From assembly GCA_950097015.1 (NCBI GenBank), contig CATNEN010000008.1, positions 3,472,001 through 3,536,000 of the forward strand: a DNA stretch of 64,000 bases. The letters run 5' to 3'. Source of the stretch: Macrostomum hystrix. Taxonomy: Eukaryota; Animalia; Platyhelminthes. The notes under the pieces were generated by a model. The model saw only the letters and a program-made list of their open reading frames with translations, searched no databases and was not told where the DNA came from. Of the stretch, positions 1 to 10,500 are shown piece after piece (the stretch's first letter is position 1; each line of letters opens with the position of its first letter). A program made the translations under genes and the position numbers.

Positions 1-121
1 TTACACAGAATCAGTAACCTGTTACACAGAATCAGTAACCTGTTACACAGAATCAGTAACCTGTTACACAGAATCAGTAACCTGTTACACAGAATCAGTA
101 ACCTGTTACATAGAATCAGTA
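1..121. repeat. 21-bp minisatellite (TTACACAGAATCAGTAACCTG), cut by the window start; presumably in a myosin intron
   Basis: About 5.5 tandem copies read directly; outside the duplicated unit. Confidence 0.95.
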
Positions 122-593
122 ACATTTTAGGCAGTCGGCCAAATTCTATCAGAATGTTAAAAAGCAAAAATGATTCGCATCAGAATCAATTGCTTCTCAA
201 AGTTCTTGTGTTGCAATTTGGCTTCAGGAAGCATTTCCATAAATGGAAACAAAAACCAAAAAACTCTTTTGCGCAGCTTCGCTTTAAGCGAAATTGCCTT
301 GGAATAAAACAAAGAGTTTTAATTCTTTGGAGGCTCATTGCCAGCATGAAATGATTCACTAACAGCAAAGCCGCTGGTTCAACTTCGTCTCTCGCTACAA
401 ATAGATTTTCCATCGAAACATTTCTTACGAACCAGAAACCTAAAAAAGCATGTCTGTGAACCAGTAAATGAACGAAGCTGTTACCTTTGAACACTGAAAT
501 AAACCAACTTTATATCCGTAAACCCAAAAAAACTTAACCGTATTCTGTAAACCCCTAAATAAAATAATATAGATTAAAAAAATATACCAACAC

Positions 594-1090
594 CATGTCC
601 ATAAACCCAAAATAAACCAACCCCATGTCCATAAACCCAAAATAAACCAACCCCATGTCCATAAACCCAAAATAAACCAACCCCATGTCCATAAACCCAA
701 AATAAACTGATTGTATGCCCAAAAACCCCTAAAATGAACCATTATTATGTCCATAAGCCCCCTAAGTAAACCATCCCATATCTATAAGCTCCAAAACAAG
801 CCAGGCTTATGTCCATAAACCCCAAGCAAGCCAGGCTCATGTCCATAAACCCCAAGCAAGCCAGGCTCATGTCCATAAACCCCAAGCAAGCCAGGCTCAT
901 GTCCTTAAACCCCAAGCAAGCCAGGCTCATGTCCATAAACCCCAAGCAAGCCAGGCTTATGTCCATAAACCCCAAGCAAGCCAGGCTTATGTCCATAAAC
1001 CCCAAGCAAGCCAGGCTCATGTCCTTAAACCCCAAGCAAGCCCCGGCTTATGTCCATAAACCCCAAGCAAGCCAGGCTTATGTCCATAAA
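594..1090. repeat. 30-bp intronic minisatellite (TGTCCATAAACCCCAAGCAAGCCAGGCTYA) upstream of myosin exon A
   Basis: About 9-10 core copies here, preceded by degenerate 30-mers; other units at 7954-8810 (~28), 24225-24506 (~9) and 39871-40363 (~16). Confidence 0.95.
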
Positions 1091-1127
1091 CCGCCAAGTC
1101 AGCCCCGGCTCTCCACCCAATCCGCAG

Positions 1128-1647
1128 CACTGACCGGCAGCTGTCCTCGCAGTGGCCGGAGGGTGCAGAATCAGCCAATCGGGTTCAGAAGCGGCCCCCC
1201 TCAGCAGGTCTGCTGTTCAAGCAGAGCATCCAGGCTCTGGTGCAGCGGCTGGCAGGAATGCGGCCTCACTATGTCCGCTGCCTGAAGCCGAACAGTTCCA
1301 AGCAGTCCGGCATATTCGATAGTCGCCTAGTGGAACACCAGGCCCGCTACCTCAACCTGCTGGAGAGTGCCCGGGTGCGCAGGGCGGGGTTCGCGATGCG
1401 CCTGCCCTACCAGTACTTCCTGCAGAGATACAAGCTGTGCGACTCGCCCGCCGTGTGGCCGAACCCGCCGCCCGGCATGCCGCTCAGAGATGCCGCCCGA
1501 AGCATCCTGGCCAGGCTGCAGTTGGACAGTGCAGATCGGGTTCGATACGGCCTCACCAAACTGTTTGTGCGCCATGCTAGGACCGTGTTCGCTCTGGAGC
1601 AGGCCCGGGTTCGAGCCCTGCCTGCTGTGGTCACCGTCATTCAGAAG
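1128..1647 (+). CDS. MYO1D: Unconventional myosin class I (MYO1D-like), exon A: end of motor domain, converter and start of IQ1
   Basis: Acceptor CCGCAG|C at 1127/1128, donor AAG|GTATTA at 1647/1648. Translates to WPEG...KRPPSAGLLFKQSIQALVQRL...PHYVRCLKPN...YLNLLESARVRRAGFA...WPN...YGLTKLFVR, matching myosin-ID motor motifs. The 5' part of the gene lies upstream of the window. Confidence 0.92.
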
Positions 1648-1663
1648 GTATTAGAAACTGGCG

Positions 1664-2350
1664 AGATGAAAGGAGCGGGGAGATGGAGATGAAGGGAGGG
1701 TGAGATGAAGGGACTGGCGAGAAGAAGGGACGGGGAGATAAATGGACGGGGAGATAAAGGGACGGGGAGATAAAGGGACCCGGAGATGAAGGGACGGGGA
1801 TATGAAGGGACGGGGAGATAAAGGGACCGGGAGATGAAGGGACGGGGAGATGAAGGGAGGGTGAGATGAAGAGCCGGGGAGATGAAGGGACGGGGAGATG
1901 AAGGGACGGGGAGATGAAGGGTCGGGGAGAAGAAGGGACGGGGAGATGAAGGGACGGGGAGATGAAGAGACGGGGAGATGAAGTGAGGGTGAGATGAAGG
2001 GACGGGGAGATAAAGGGACCGGGAGATGAAGGGACGGGGAGATGAAAGGGCGGGGAGATTAAGTGACGGGGAGATGAAGAGACGGGGAGATGAAGGGAGG
2101 GTGAGATGAAGGGAGGGTGAGATGAAGGGACGTGGAGATGAAGGGAGGGTGAGATGAAGGGACGGGGAGATGAAAGGGCGGGGAGATTAAGGGACGGGGA
2201 GATGAAGAGACGGTCAGATGAAGGGACGGGGAGAGGAAGAGACGGGGAGATGAAGGGAGGGTGAGATGAAGGGACGGGGAGATGAAGGGACGTGGAGATG
2301 AAGGGAGGGGGAGATGAAGGGAGGGGGAGATGAAGGGAGGGGGAGATAAA
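1664..2350. repeat. 16-bp purine-rich intronic minisatellite (GAGATGAAGGGACGGG) in myosin intron A-B
   Basis: About 43 copies; other units at ~9385-10105, 25081-25770 and 40938-41660. Confidence 0.95.
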
Positions 2351-2841
2351 GATGAAATAGGAAGACAATGATTACAATAAATAGTCATGGAGATTTTACA
2401 TTTATTTAAGCAAGAGATACTTATACAGAATCCTAATTTTGTTTAAAGCAATTATATCATTTTTTATTCTTGGTTGCTTCTTTAGCGCATTCGCTCACAC
2501 AAAAGGCCTCATATTTATATTTGAGCATTTAGTCAGCTGTTGCTCACCTCTCAGACGGCTGTTGTCCATTTGGAATGCCGGTTCAGCCACACCGTCACAA
2601 AAATAGCCTTGTCTAGTCATCTGTCTATTCGCATTGGGCCTGAATTGTAAACAGGCTTGTCATCTAAGCAGTTCAATAATTCGCGCTTCTCTACTCATGC
2701 CAGTAGTGCGATTAGCATTTAACTCAAAGAGAAACGAGCAGATATTTTTTTTCCAGTGAAATAGTAATTAATATGCGCACGTTACTACTCACTAAAAGCA
2801 ACTAAAAAAATACGCCACCGCCCGCCCGTGCGTTGTTCTAG

Positions 2842-2907
2842 CACTATAGAGGCCGGCTTGGCAGGATCTACTTCGCCAAGTACAGGCTGGCCGTTTGGAT
2901 TCAGGCT
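2842..2907 (+). CDS. MYO1D: Myosin I exon B: 66-nt symmetric (phase 0-0) IQ-motif micro-exon
   Basis: TTGTTCTAG|CAC...GCT|GTAAGT; encodes HYRGRLGRIYFAKYRLAVWIQA, completing IQKHYRGRLGR and starting IQARVRGLLAR. Too short for the ORF track. Confidence 0.88.
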
Positions 2908-3206
2908 GTAAGTAAATTCAACTCGAAGACCAAGACAGCAGATTCTTGTGCTGAAACTGCACCGTTGCTGCTGTCAGTTGATTTTTATGCCTCTCCAAGA
3001 ACTGGTCTAACACCTTATTGCTTGGCTCGGTTGATTTGCACATCGGCTACCTCTGAGCCTATTTTTGTCTGCTTGTTTTGCAGCTGGTTGCTTTTAGCTG
3101 GGCACCAATTTGTAGATTTATTAGAAATCTGCCAAATTTCTTATCAACTTGTCTGTTTGTCCGGTTTTAACACATCTTCATCTACTTCTCTTTAATATGA
3201 TCTATT

Positions 3207-3558
3207 CCGCCTTCATTTCACCCCTTTCCGTCTTGATCTCACCCCTTTCCGCTTTAATCTCACCCCTTTCCGCTTTTATCTCACCCTTTCCGCTTTTATC
3301 TCACCCTTTCCGCCTTGATCTCACCCCTTTCCGCTTTAATCCCACCCCTTTCCGCTTTTATCTCACCCTTTCCGCTTTTATCTCACCCTTTCTGCCTTAA
3401 TCTCACCCCTTTTCACCTTGATCTCATCCCTTTCCGCCTTCATCTCATATCTTTCCGCCTTCATCTCATATCTTTCCGCCTTCATCTCATATCTTTCCGC
3501 CTTCATCTAATATCTTTCCGCCTTCATCTCATATCTTTCCGCCTTCATCTCACCCTTT
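3207..3558. repeat. 21-bp pyrimidine-rich intronic minisatellite (CCTTCATCTCATATCTTTCCG / CCTTGATCTCACCCCTTTCCG) in myosin intron B-C
   Basis: About 17 copies here; ~31 copies at 10960-11607, 26624-27271 and 42513-43160. Confidence 0.95.
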
Positions 3559-4053
3559 CTCATAGTGATTCAAAATAATTTAAAGCACTTAGATCATTAC
3601 ATGATTAGCCATTGCAGACAGCAAAGTAGCACTTGTTGTTGTCCTCTTTTAGTTTTTAATCCAACTTGAGCTGAATCTGGCTAAAGTGTGAATCTTTGTG
3701 CAATAATCTTCAGTTTTGAGTGAGTGCATGTGACCCTTTTTACGAGATTTTATACGAGAGTAGCTCGTTGTTTTAATTTTTAAATCCGTGCGATAAAAGC
3801 AAAAAGTTACAATATTTGTAATTCTGCAGTTAAAAAATAATCTATTGTTCAAGCATGCTTATGCTAGTTTAGTAATTAATAATTAATGAGGAGTCCGTCC
3901 CGTTTAAATTCTGTGGAGACTGAAGATTCCTTGCGTCCTACTATAAGTAGCGCTATTCGGTGATAATTATTTTAACTGAAAAAGGAAAAAATACTTTTTT
4001 TGCCCAACTGTCAGTAGTGCATCGCGGAAATCATTACCTCTTTTTATTCCCAG

Positions 4054-4698
4054 CGAGTGCGCGGCCTCCTAGCCAGAATTCGCTATCAACGCCTGCGCGC
4101 CGCCTGGACCATCGCCGTGCGCTATCGCCGCTACCGGATTCGAGCCCACATTCTTCGCGTCTGCGCCGCCTTCGCCGGAGTTGGCCAGCGTCGCGATCTC
4201 GGTCGCGGCGTCGAATGGCCTCGTGGGGAGCCTCCGGCCCTGGCCGGCCTGCTGGCCCAGCTGCGCCGGGTCCAAAACCGCTGGCGAGCCGAGCGCATGC
4301 TGGCCTCGATTCCCAGGCACGAGAGGCCGGAATTCCGGCTGAAACTGGCCAGCTGCGAGCTGCTGCTTGGCACCGACCGGCTGAGGGCCGGCCTGCCGCG
4401 CCGTTGGCTCGGCGAGTACCAGCTGCCCAGGCCGAGGGCGGCTGCCAAGATGCCGGGCCAGCTGCTGTTCTCCCACCCGGTTCTGAAGGCCGAGCGCGGT
4501 GGCGGCTTCAAGTTGACCCGGCGGTGCCTCCTCATCAGCGGCCTGGGCGTTGCCAAGGCGGATCAGAACGGCGCCGCCCTGATTGGCCCAGTGCGCCAGT
4601 TGTCCGGCCTGGCCTGGGTGTCCCTGACTCGGCTGGCCACCGATCCCACCGTCTGCCTGGCGTTCGATGGCCGCGGCTCCGGTGGCGACCTTCTCATG
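4054..4698 (+). CDS. MYO1D: Myosin I exon C: IQ motifs and TH1 tail domain
   Basis: TTTTTATTCCCAG|CGA ... ATG|GTGAGA; 215 codons, RVRGLLARIRY...RDLGRGVEWP...NRWRA...LLFS...LSGLAWVSL, collinear with the MYO1D tail. Confidence 0.9.
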
Positions 4699-4716
4699 GT
4701 GAGATTCAGTGGCATT

Positions 4717-5900
4717 GGGGGCGGATAAATCTAGGATTTGAGGGCGGATGAATCTAGGATTTGAGGGCGGATGAATATAGGATTGGGGGCGGATGAATCT
4801 AGGACTCGGGAGGCGGACGAATCTAGGATTGGGGGCGGATGAATCTAGGATTAGAGGCGTATGAATCTAGGATTGGGGGCGGAGGAATCTAGGATTAGAG
4901 GCGTATAAATCTAGGACTGTGGGGGGCGGATGAATCTAGGATTTAGGGGCGGATGAATCTAGGATTGGGGGGCCGGATAAATCTATTATTTTAGGGCGGA
5001 TGAATTTAGGATTGGGGGCGGATGAATTTAGGATTGGGGGCGAATGAATCTAGGATTGGGGGGGCGGATGAATCTAGGATTGGGGGCGGATGAATTTAGG
5101 ATTGGGAGGGCGGATGAATCTAGGATTGGGAGGGCGGATAAATCTATTATTTTAGGGCGGATGAATTTAGGATTGGGGGCGGATGAATTTAGGATTGGGG
5201 GTGGATGAATCTAGGACTGGAGGCGGATGAATCTAGGATTGGGGGGCGGATAAATCTATTATTTTAGGGCGGATGAATCTAGGATTGGGGGCGGATGAAT
5301 CTAGGATTGGGGTCGGATGAATCTAGGATTGAGGGCGGATGAATCTAGGATTGGGGGGCGGATGAATATAGGATTGGGGGGCGGATAAATCTATTATTTT
5401 AGGGCGGATGAATCTAGGATTGGGGGGCGGATGAATCTAGGATTGGGAGGGCGGATAAATCTATTATTTTAGGGTGGATGAATTTAGGATTGGGGGTGGA
5501 TGAATCTAGGACTGGGGGGCGGATGAATTTAGGATTGGGGGCGGATGAATCTAGGACTGGGGGGCGGATGAATATAGGATTGGGGGGGCGGATAAATCTA
5601 TTCTTTTAGGGCGGATGAATCTAGGATTGGGGGCGGATGAATCTAGGATTGGGGGGCGGATGAATCTAGGATTGGGGGGACGGATGAATCTAGGATTGGG
5701 GTCGGATGAATCTAGGATTGAGGGCGGATGAATCTAGGATTGGGGTCGGATGAATCTAGGATTGAGGGCGGATGAATCTAGGATTGAGGGCGGATGAATC
5801 TAGGATTGAGGGCGGATGAATCTAGGATTGGGGGGCGGATGAATCTAGGATTGGGGGGCGGATGAATCTAGGATTGGGGGGGCGGATAAATCTAGGATCG
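4717..5900. repeat. ~22-bp G-rich intronic minisatellite (GGATGAATCTAGGATTGGGGGC) in myosin intron C-D
   Basis: About 50 variable copies; other units at 12767-12826 plus 20677-22170, 28431-28490 plus 36341-37860, and 44320-45738. This array is the retrotransposon target. Confidence 0.95.
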
Positions 5901-6007
5901 AAGGACAGTTCAGGGCCAAAATCTAGGCGATCTCCTAGTCGCTGACTCAGTTCACAAACGCACCGTCGAGTTGGAATCCGGTGGGAACCCTCCGTCCCAT
6001 CGGCCAG

Positions 6008-6262
6008 GTGCTGACGAATGACGCCGGAGTGCCACTGACAACCGAGGAGCGCCTCACGGAGCTGGTCGCTGTGCTCCGCAGGGCCTGCCAACTGGCTGGT
6101 CGCGACCTGTCTGTGCGGCTGGCCGACCGGCTGGCATTCCGTTGCCATGGCAACAGCAAGCCGGCCTGCCAGGTGGATGTAAGGCAGGCAGATGCTGGCG
6201 GCGGTGGTCCCAGACTAACAAAAAGTCCAGCCGGAGCTGGGGTTCTGCAGCTGCAGCTCTGA
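6008..6262 (+). CDS. MYO1D: Myosin I exon D: terminal TH1 exon with stop codon
   Basis: CATCGGCCAG|GTG; VLTNDAGVPLTTEERLTELVAVL...RLTKSPAGAGVLQLQL*, which parallels the MYO1D C-terminus (ESRIGELVGVL...FTKNRSGFILSV). Confidence 0.85.
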   Translation: MLTNDAGVPLTTEERLTELVAVLRRACQLAGRDLSVRLADRLAFRCHGNSKPACQVDVRQADAGGGGPRLTKSPAGAGVLQLQL

Positions 6263-6788
6263 CACAGTCTGACGTTCGGACAAATATATTGAATTGAACA
6301 ATTGAATTTAAATTCGCACCAACAATTATAACACAATGAGATTTATTTTTTTTCTGATAATGAAAGATATACATTTTACGCTCATGGTTTTTCGAGTATC
6401 TACTGAAAGTAATACTGATATTTTTAAACAAACTTGTTCAAATCGTCAAATCTAACAACGGATTCTAACCCAATTCGAATTTTTTAATGTCATAAGGCTG
6501 AGACGTTTGTGCATTATATAGCACAGCACCCAGTACTGTACGGCTAAATCATGTATTGTCTGTGTTAAGGCATAGCTATACTATACATAAAAAGTTCCAT
6601 CATGCCGTTAAGTGCTTTCTAAAAATTCCTTTAACAGTTTTTTAATATTTCGCGCAAGTTTAAAACGGCATTTTTGTTAGTCCAGCGAAATAATATAATA
6701 TGCTATAGTTGATGTTCAATAACTGCTGGCTATTTTTGTAAGCTAATAAGCGGTTCATTTTCATCATTGATTATTATTGAAATCGAGT

Positions 6789-6797
6789 TTTATTAAA
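6789..6797. terminator. Possible bidirectional polyadenylation signal (TTTATTAAA) between the convergent myosin and KRI1 3' ends
   Basis: AATAAA on the - strand overlaps ATTAAA on the + strand; another - strand AATAAA is at 7010-7015. Motif match only. Confidence 0.3.
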
Positions 6798-7126
6798 CAC
6801 TTTTTTAAACAATACGAGAACCTTATTACGCGTACAGAATTAATTATAACAAAAACAAAAAATATATTTTTTAGTCTACGTTCGTTGATTGGGCGCTGTC
6901 GCGTGTTTGCTACTACTTTTATATATCGGATACTTTTTAAAGACGTATTGGCAGAACATTGACTTGATTGACTTGATTTTTTATATTTTTGTCATTGAAT
7001 TGCTGACTGTTTATTTTCCAGTTAGTTAGGCGAACAACAGTTGAACAATGCTTGTTAAAAATGCGACTGAACTTAAAGTGAAACAAGTTGATTTGATAAG
7101 CGGACAATGCAATGAGCAACGTTCAC

Positions 7127-7339
7127 CAGTCATTCAGCCATCACCCACCAGTCATTCAGGCATCACCCATCAGTCATTCAGGCATCACCCATCAGTCATT
7201 CAGGCATCACCCATCAGTCATTCAGGCATCACCCATCAGTCATTCAGGCATCACCCATCAGTCATTCAGGCATCACCCATCAGTCATTCAGGCATCACCC
7301 ATCAGTCATTCAGCCATCACGCACCAGTCATTCAGGTCA
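7127..7339. repeat. 22-bp minisatellite (CAGTCATTCAGGCATCACCCAT) directly after the KRI1 stop codon
   Basis: 213 bp in units 1 and 2 (7127-7339, 23401-23613); 169 bp in units 3 and 4 (39090-39258, 46966-47134). Confidence 0.95.
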
Positions 7340-7538
7340 TCAGTCTGCCCTAGTCGCCTCGGCGCCGCCTGTCTTCAGCTGCTGTCGCCGCATTCGCCGG
7401 AACTGCTTGGGGTCGATGCCCAGCTCCAGCAGTCGCTGCTCGCTGATCTGCAGCCTGTCATCGGATTTGGACTTCGGCTTCGACTTGTTCAGCTTCTTAG
7501 ACTTCAGCTTGGCCTTGCGGAGGTCAGGCGTTGCGTCC
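7340..7538 (-). pseudogene. KRI1: Duplicated 3' fragment of the KRI1 last exon (unit 1)
   Basis: DATPDLRKAKLKSKK...GGAEATRAD*, identical in protein to the C-terminus encoded at 47135-47333; truncated at the duplication junction. Confidence 0.9.
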
Positions 7539-10500
7539 TTCAGGAAGCATTTCCATAAATGGAAACAAAAAACCAAAAAACTCTTTTGCGCAGCTTCGCT
7601 TTAAGCGAAATTGCCTTGGAATAAAACAAATAGTTTTAATTCTTTGGAGGCTCATTGCCAGCATGAAATGATTCACTAACAGCAAAGCCGCTGGTTCAAC
7701 TTCGTCTCTCGCTACAAATAGATTTTCCATCGAAACATTTCTTACGAACCAGAAACCTAAAAAAAGCATGTCTGTGAACCAGTAAATGAACGAAGCTGTT
7801 ACCTTTGAACACTGAAATAAACCAACTTTATATCCGTAAACCCAAAAAAACTTAACCGTATTCTGTAAACCCCTAAAAAAAAATATAGATAAAAAAATAT
7901 ACCAACACCATGTCCATAAACCCAAAATAAACTGATTGTATGCCCATATTGTTATGTCCATAAACCCCAAGCAAGCCAGGCTCATGTCCATAAACCCCAA
8001 GCAAGCCAGGCTCATGTCCATAAACCCCAAGCAAGCCAGGCTTATGTCCATAAACCCCAAGCAAGCCAGGCTCATGTCCATAAACCCCAAGCAAGCCAGG
8101 CTTATGTCCATAAACCCCAAGCAAGCCAGGCTCATGTCCATAAACCCCAAGCAAGCCAGGCTCATGTCCATAAACCCCAAGCAAGCCAGGCTTATGTCCA
8201 TAAACCCCAAGCAAGCCAGGCTCATGTCCATAAACCCCAAGCAAGTCAGGCTTATGTCCATAAACCCCAAGCAAGCCCCGGCTTATGTCCATAAACCCCA
8301 AGCAAGCCAGGCTTATGTCCATAAACCCCAAGCAAGCCAGGCTTATGTCCATAAACCCCAAGCAAGCCAGGCTCATGTCCATAAACCCCAAGCAAGCCAG
8401 GCTCATGTCCATAAACCCCAAGCAAGCCCCGGCTTATGTCCATAAACCCCAAGCAAGTCAGGCTTATGTCCATAAACCCCAAGCAAGTCAGGCTTATGTC
8501 CATAAACCCCAAGCAAGCCCCGGCTTATGTCCATAAACCCCAAGCAAGTCAGGCTTATGTCCATAAACCCCAAGCAAGCCAGGCTCATGTCCATAAACCC
8601 CAAAGCAAGCCCCGGCTTATGTCCATAAACCCCAAGCAAGCCAGGCTCATGTCCATAAACCCCAAGCAAGCCAGGCTCATGTCCATAAACCCCAAGCAAG
8701 CCCCGGCTTATGTCCATAAACCCCAAGCAAGCCAGGCTTATGTCCATAAACCCCAAGCAAGTCAGGCTTATGTCCATAAACCCCAAGCAAGCCCAGGCTT
8801 ATGTCCATAAACCGCCAAGTCAGCCCCGGCTCTCCACCCAATCCGCAGCACTGACCGGCAGCTGTCCTCGCAGTGGCCGGAGGGTGCAGAATCAGCCAAT
8901 CGGGTTCAGAAGCGGCCCCCCTCAGCAGGTCTGCTGTTCAAGCAGAGCATCCAGGCTCTGGTGCAGCGGCTGGCAGGAATGCGGCCTCACTATGTCCGCT
9001 GCCTGAAGCCGAACAGTTCCAAGCAGTCCGGCATATTCGATAGTCGCCTAGTGGAACACCAGGCCCGCTACCTCAACCTGCTGGAGAGTGCCCGGGTGCG
9101 CAGGGCGGGGTTCGCGATGCGCCTGCCCTACCAGTACTTCCTGCAGAGATACAAGCTGTGCGACTCGCCCGCCGTGTGGCCGAACCCGCCGCCCGGCATG
9201 CCGCTCAGAGATGCCGCCCGAAGCATCCTGGCCAGGCTGCAGTTGGACAGTGCAGATCGGGTTCGATACGGCCTCACCAAACTGTTTGTGCGCCATGCTA
9301 GGACCGTGTTCGCTCTGGAGCAGGCCCGGGTTCGAGCCCTGCCTGCTGTGGTCACCGTCATTCAGAAGGTATTAGAAACTGGCGAGATGAAAGGAGCGGG
9401 GAGATGGAGATGAAGGGAGGGTGAGATGAAGGGACTGGCGAGAAGAAGGGACGGGGAGATAAATGGACGGGGAGATAAAGGGACGGGGAGATAAAGGGAC
9501 CCGGAGATGAAGGGACGGGGATATGAAGGGACGGGGAGATAAAGGGACCGGGAGATGAAGGGACGGGGAGATGAAGGGAGGGTGAGATGAAGAGCCGGGG
9601 AGATGAAGGGACGGGGAGATGAAGGGACGGGGAGATGAAGGGTCGGGGAGAAGAAGGGACGGGGAGATGAAGGGACGGGGAGATGAAGAGACGGGGAGAT
9701 GAAGTGAGGGTGAGATGAAGGGACGGGGAGATAAAGGGACCCGGAGATGAAGGGACGGGGAGATGAAAGGGCGGGGAGATTAAGTGACGGGGAGATGAAG
9801 AGACGGGGAGATGAAGGGAGGGTGAGATGAAGGGAGGGTGAGATGAAGGGACGTGGAGATGAAGGGAGGGTGAGATAAAGGGACGGGGAGATGAAAGGGC
9901 GGGGAGATTAAGGGACGGGGAGATGAAGAGACGGTCAGATGAAGGGACGGGGAGAGGAAGAGACGGGGAGATGAAGGGAGGGTGAGATGAAGGGACGGGG
10001 AGATGAAGGGACGTGGAGATGAAGGGAGGGGGAGATGAAGGGACGTGGAGATGAAGGGAGGGGGAGATGAAGGGAGGGGGAGATGAAGGGAGGGGGAGAT
10101 AAAGATGAAATAGGAAGACAATGATTACAATAAATAGTCATGGAGATTTTACATTTATTTAAGCAAGAGATACTTATACAGAATCCTAATTTTGTTTAAA
10201 GCAATTATATCATTTTTTATTCTTGGTTGCTTCTTTAGCGCATTCGCTCACACAAAAGGCCTCATATTTATATTTGAGCATTTAGTCAGCTGTTGCTCAC
10301 CTCTCAGACGGCTGTTGTCCATTTGGAATGCCGGTTCAGCCACACCGTCACAAAAATAGCCTTGTCTAGTCATCTGTCTATTCGCATTGGGCCTGAATTG
10401 TAAACAGGCTTGTCATCTAAGCAGTTCAATAATTCGCGCTTCTCTACTCATGCCAGTAGTGCGATTAGCATTTAACTCAAAGAGAAACGAGCAGATATTT

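Larger units (their letters stand above)
223..7538. repeat. Tandem segmental duplication unit 1 (no retrotransposon)
   Basis: Starts at TTCAGGAAGCATTTCC in a myosin intron and ends inside the KRI1 last exon at ...GCGTTGCGTCC; the same junction recurs at 7538/7539, 23812/23813 and 39457/39458. Confidence 0.95.

Noticed and set aside
809-1285. MSINPKQARL-repeat and similar satellite ORFs (also ISPSLHL, SAFISYL, MNLGLG and WIILSR types)
   Set aside because: They are intronic or intergenic minisatellite translations whose length varies freely between units.
4717-5900. Interstitial telomere (TTAGGG)
   Set aside because: TTAGGG occurs only singly within TATTATTTTAGGG variant units, never in tandem.
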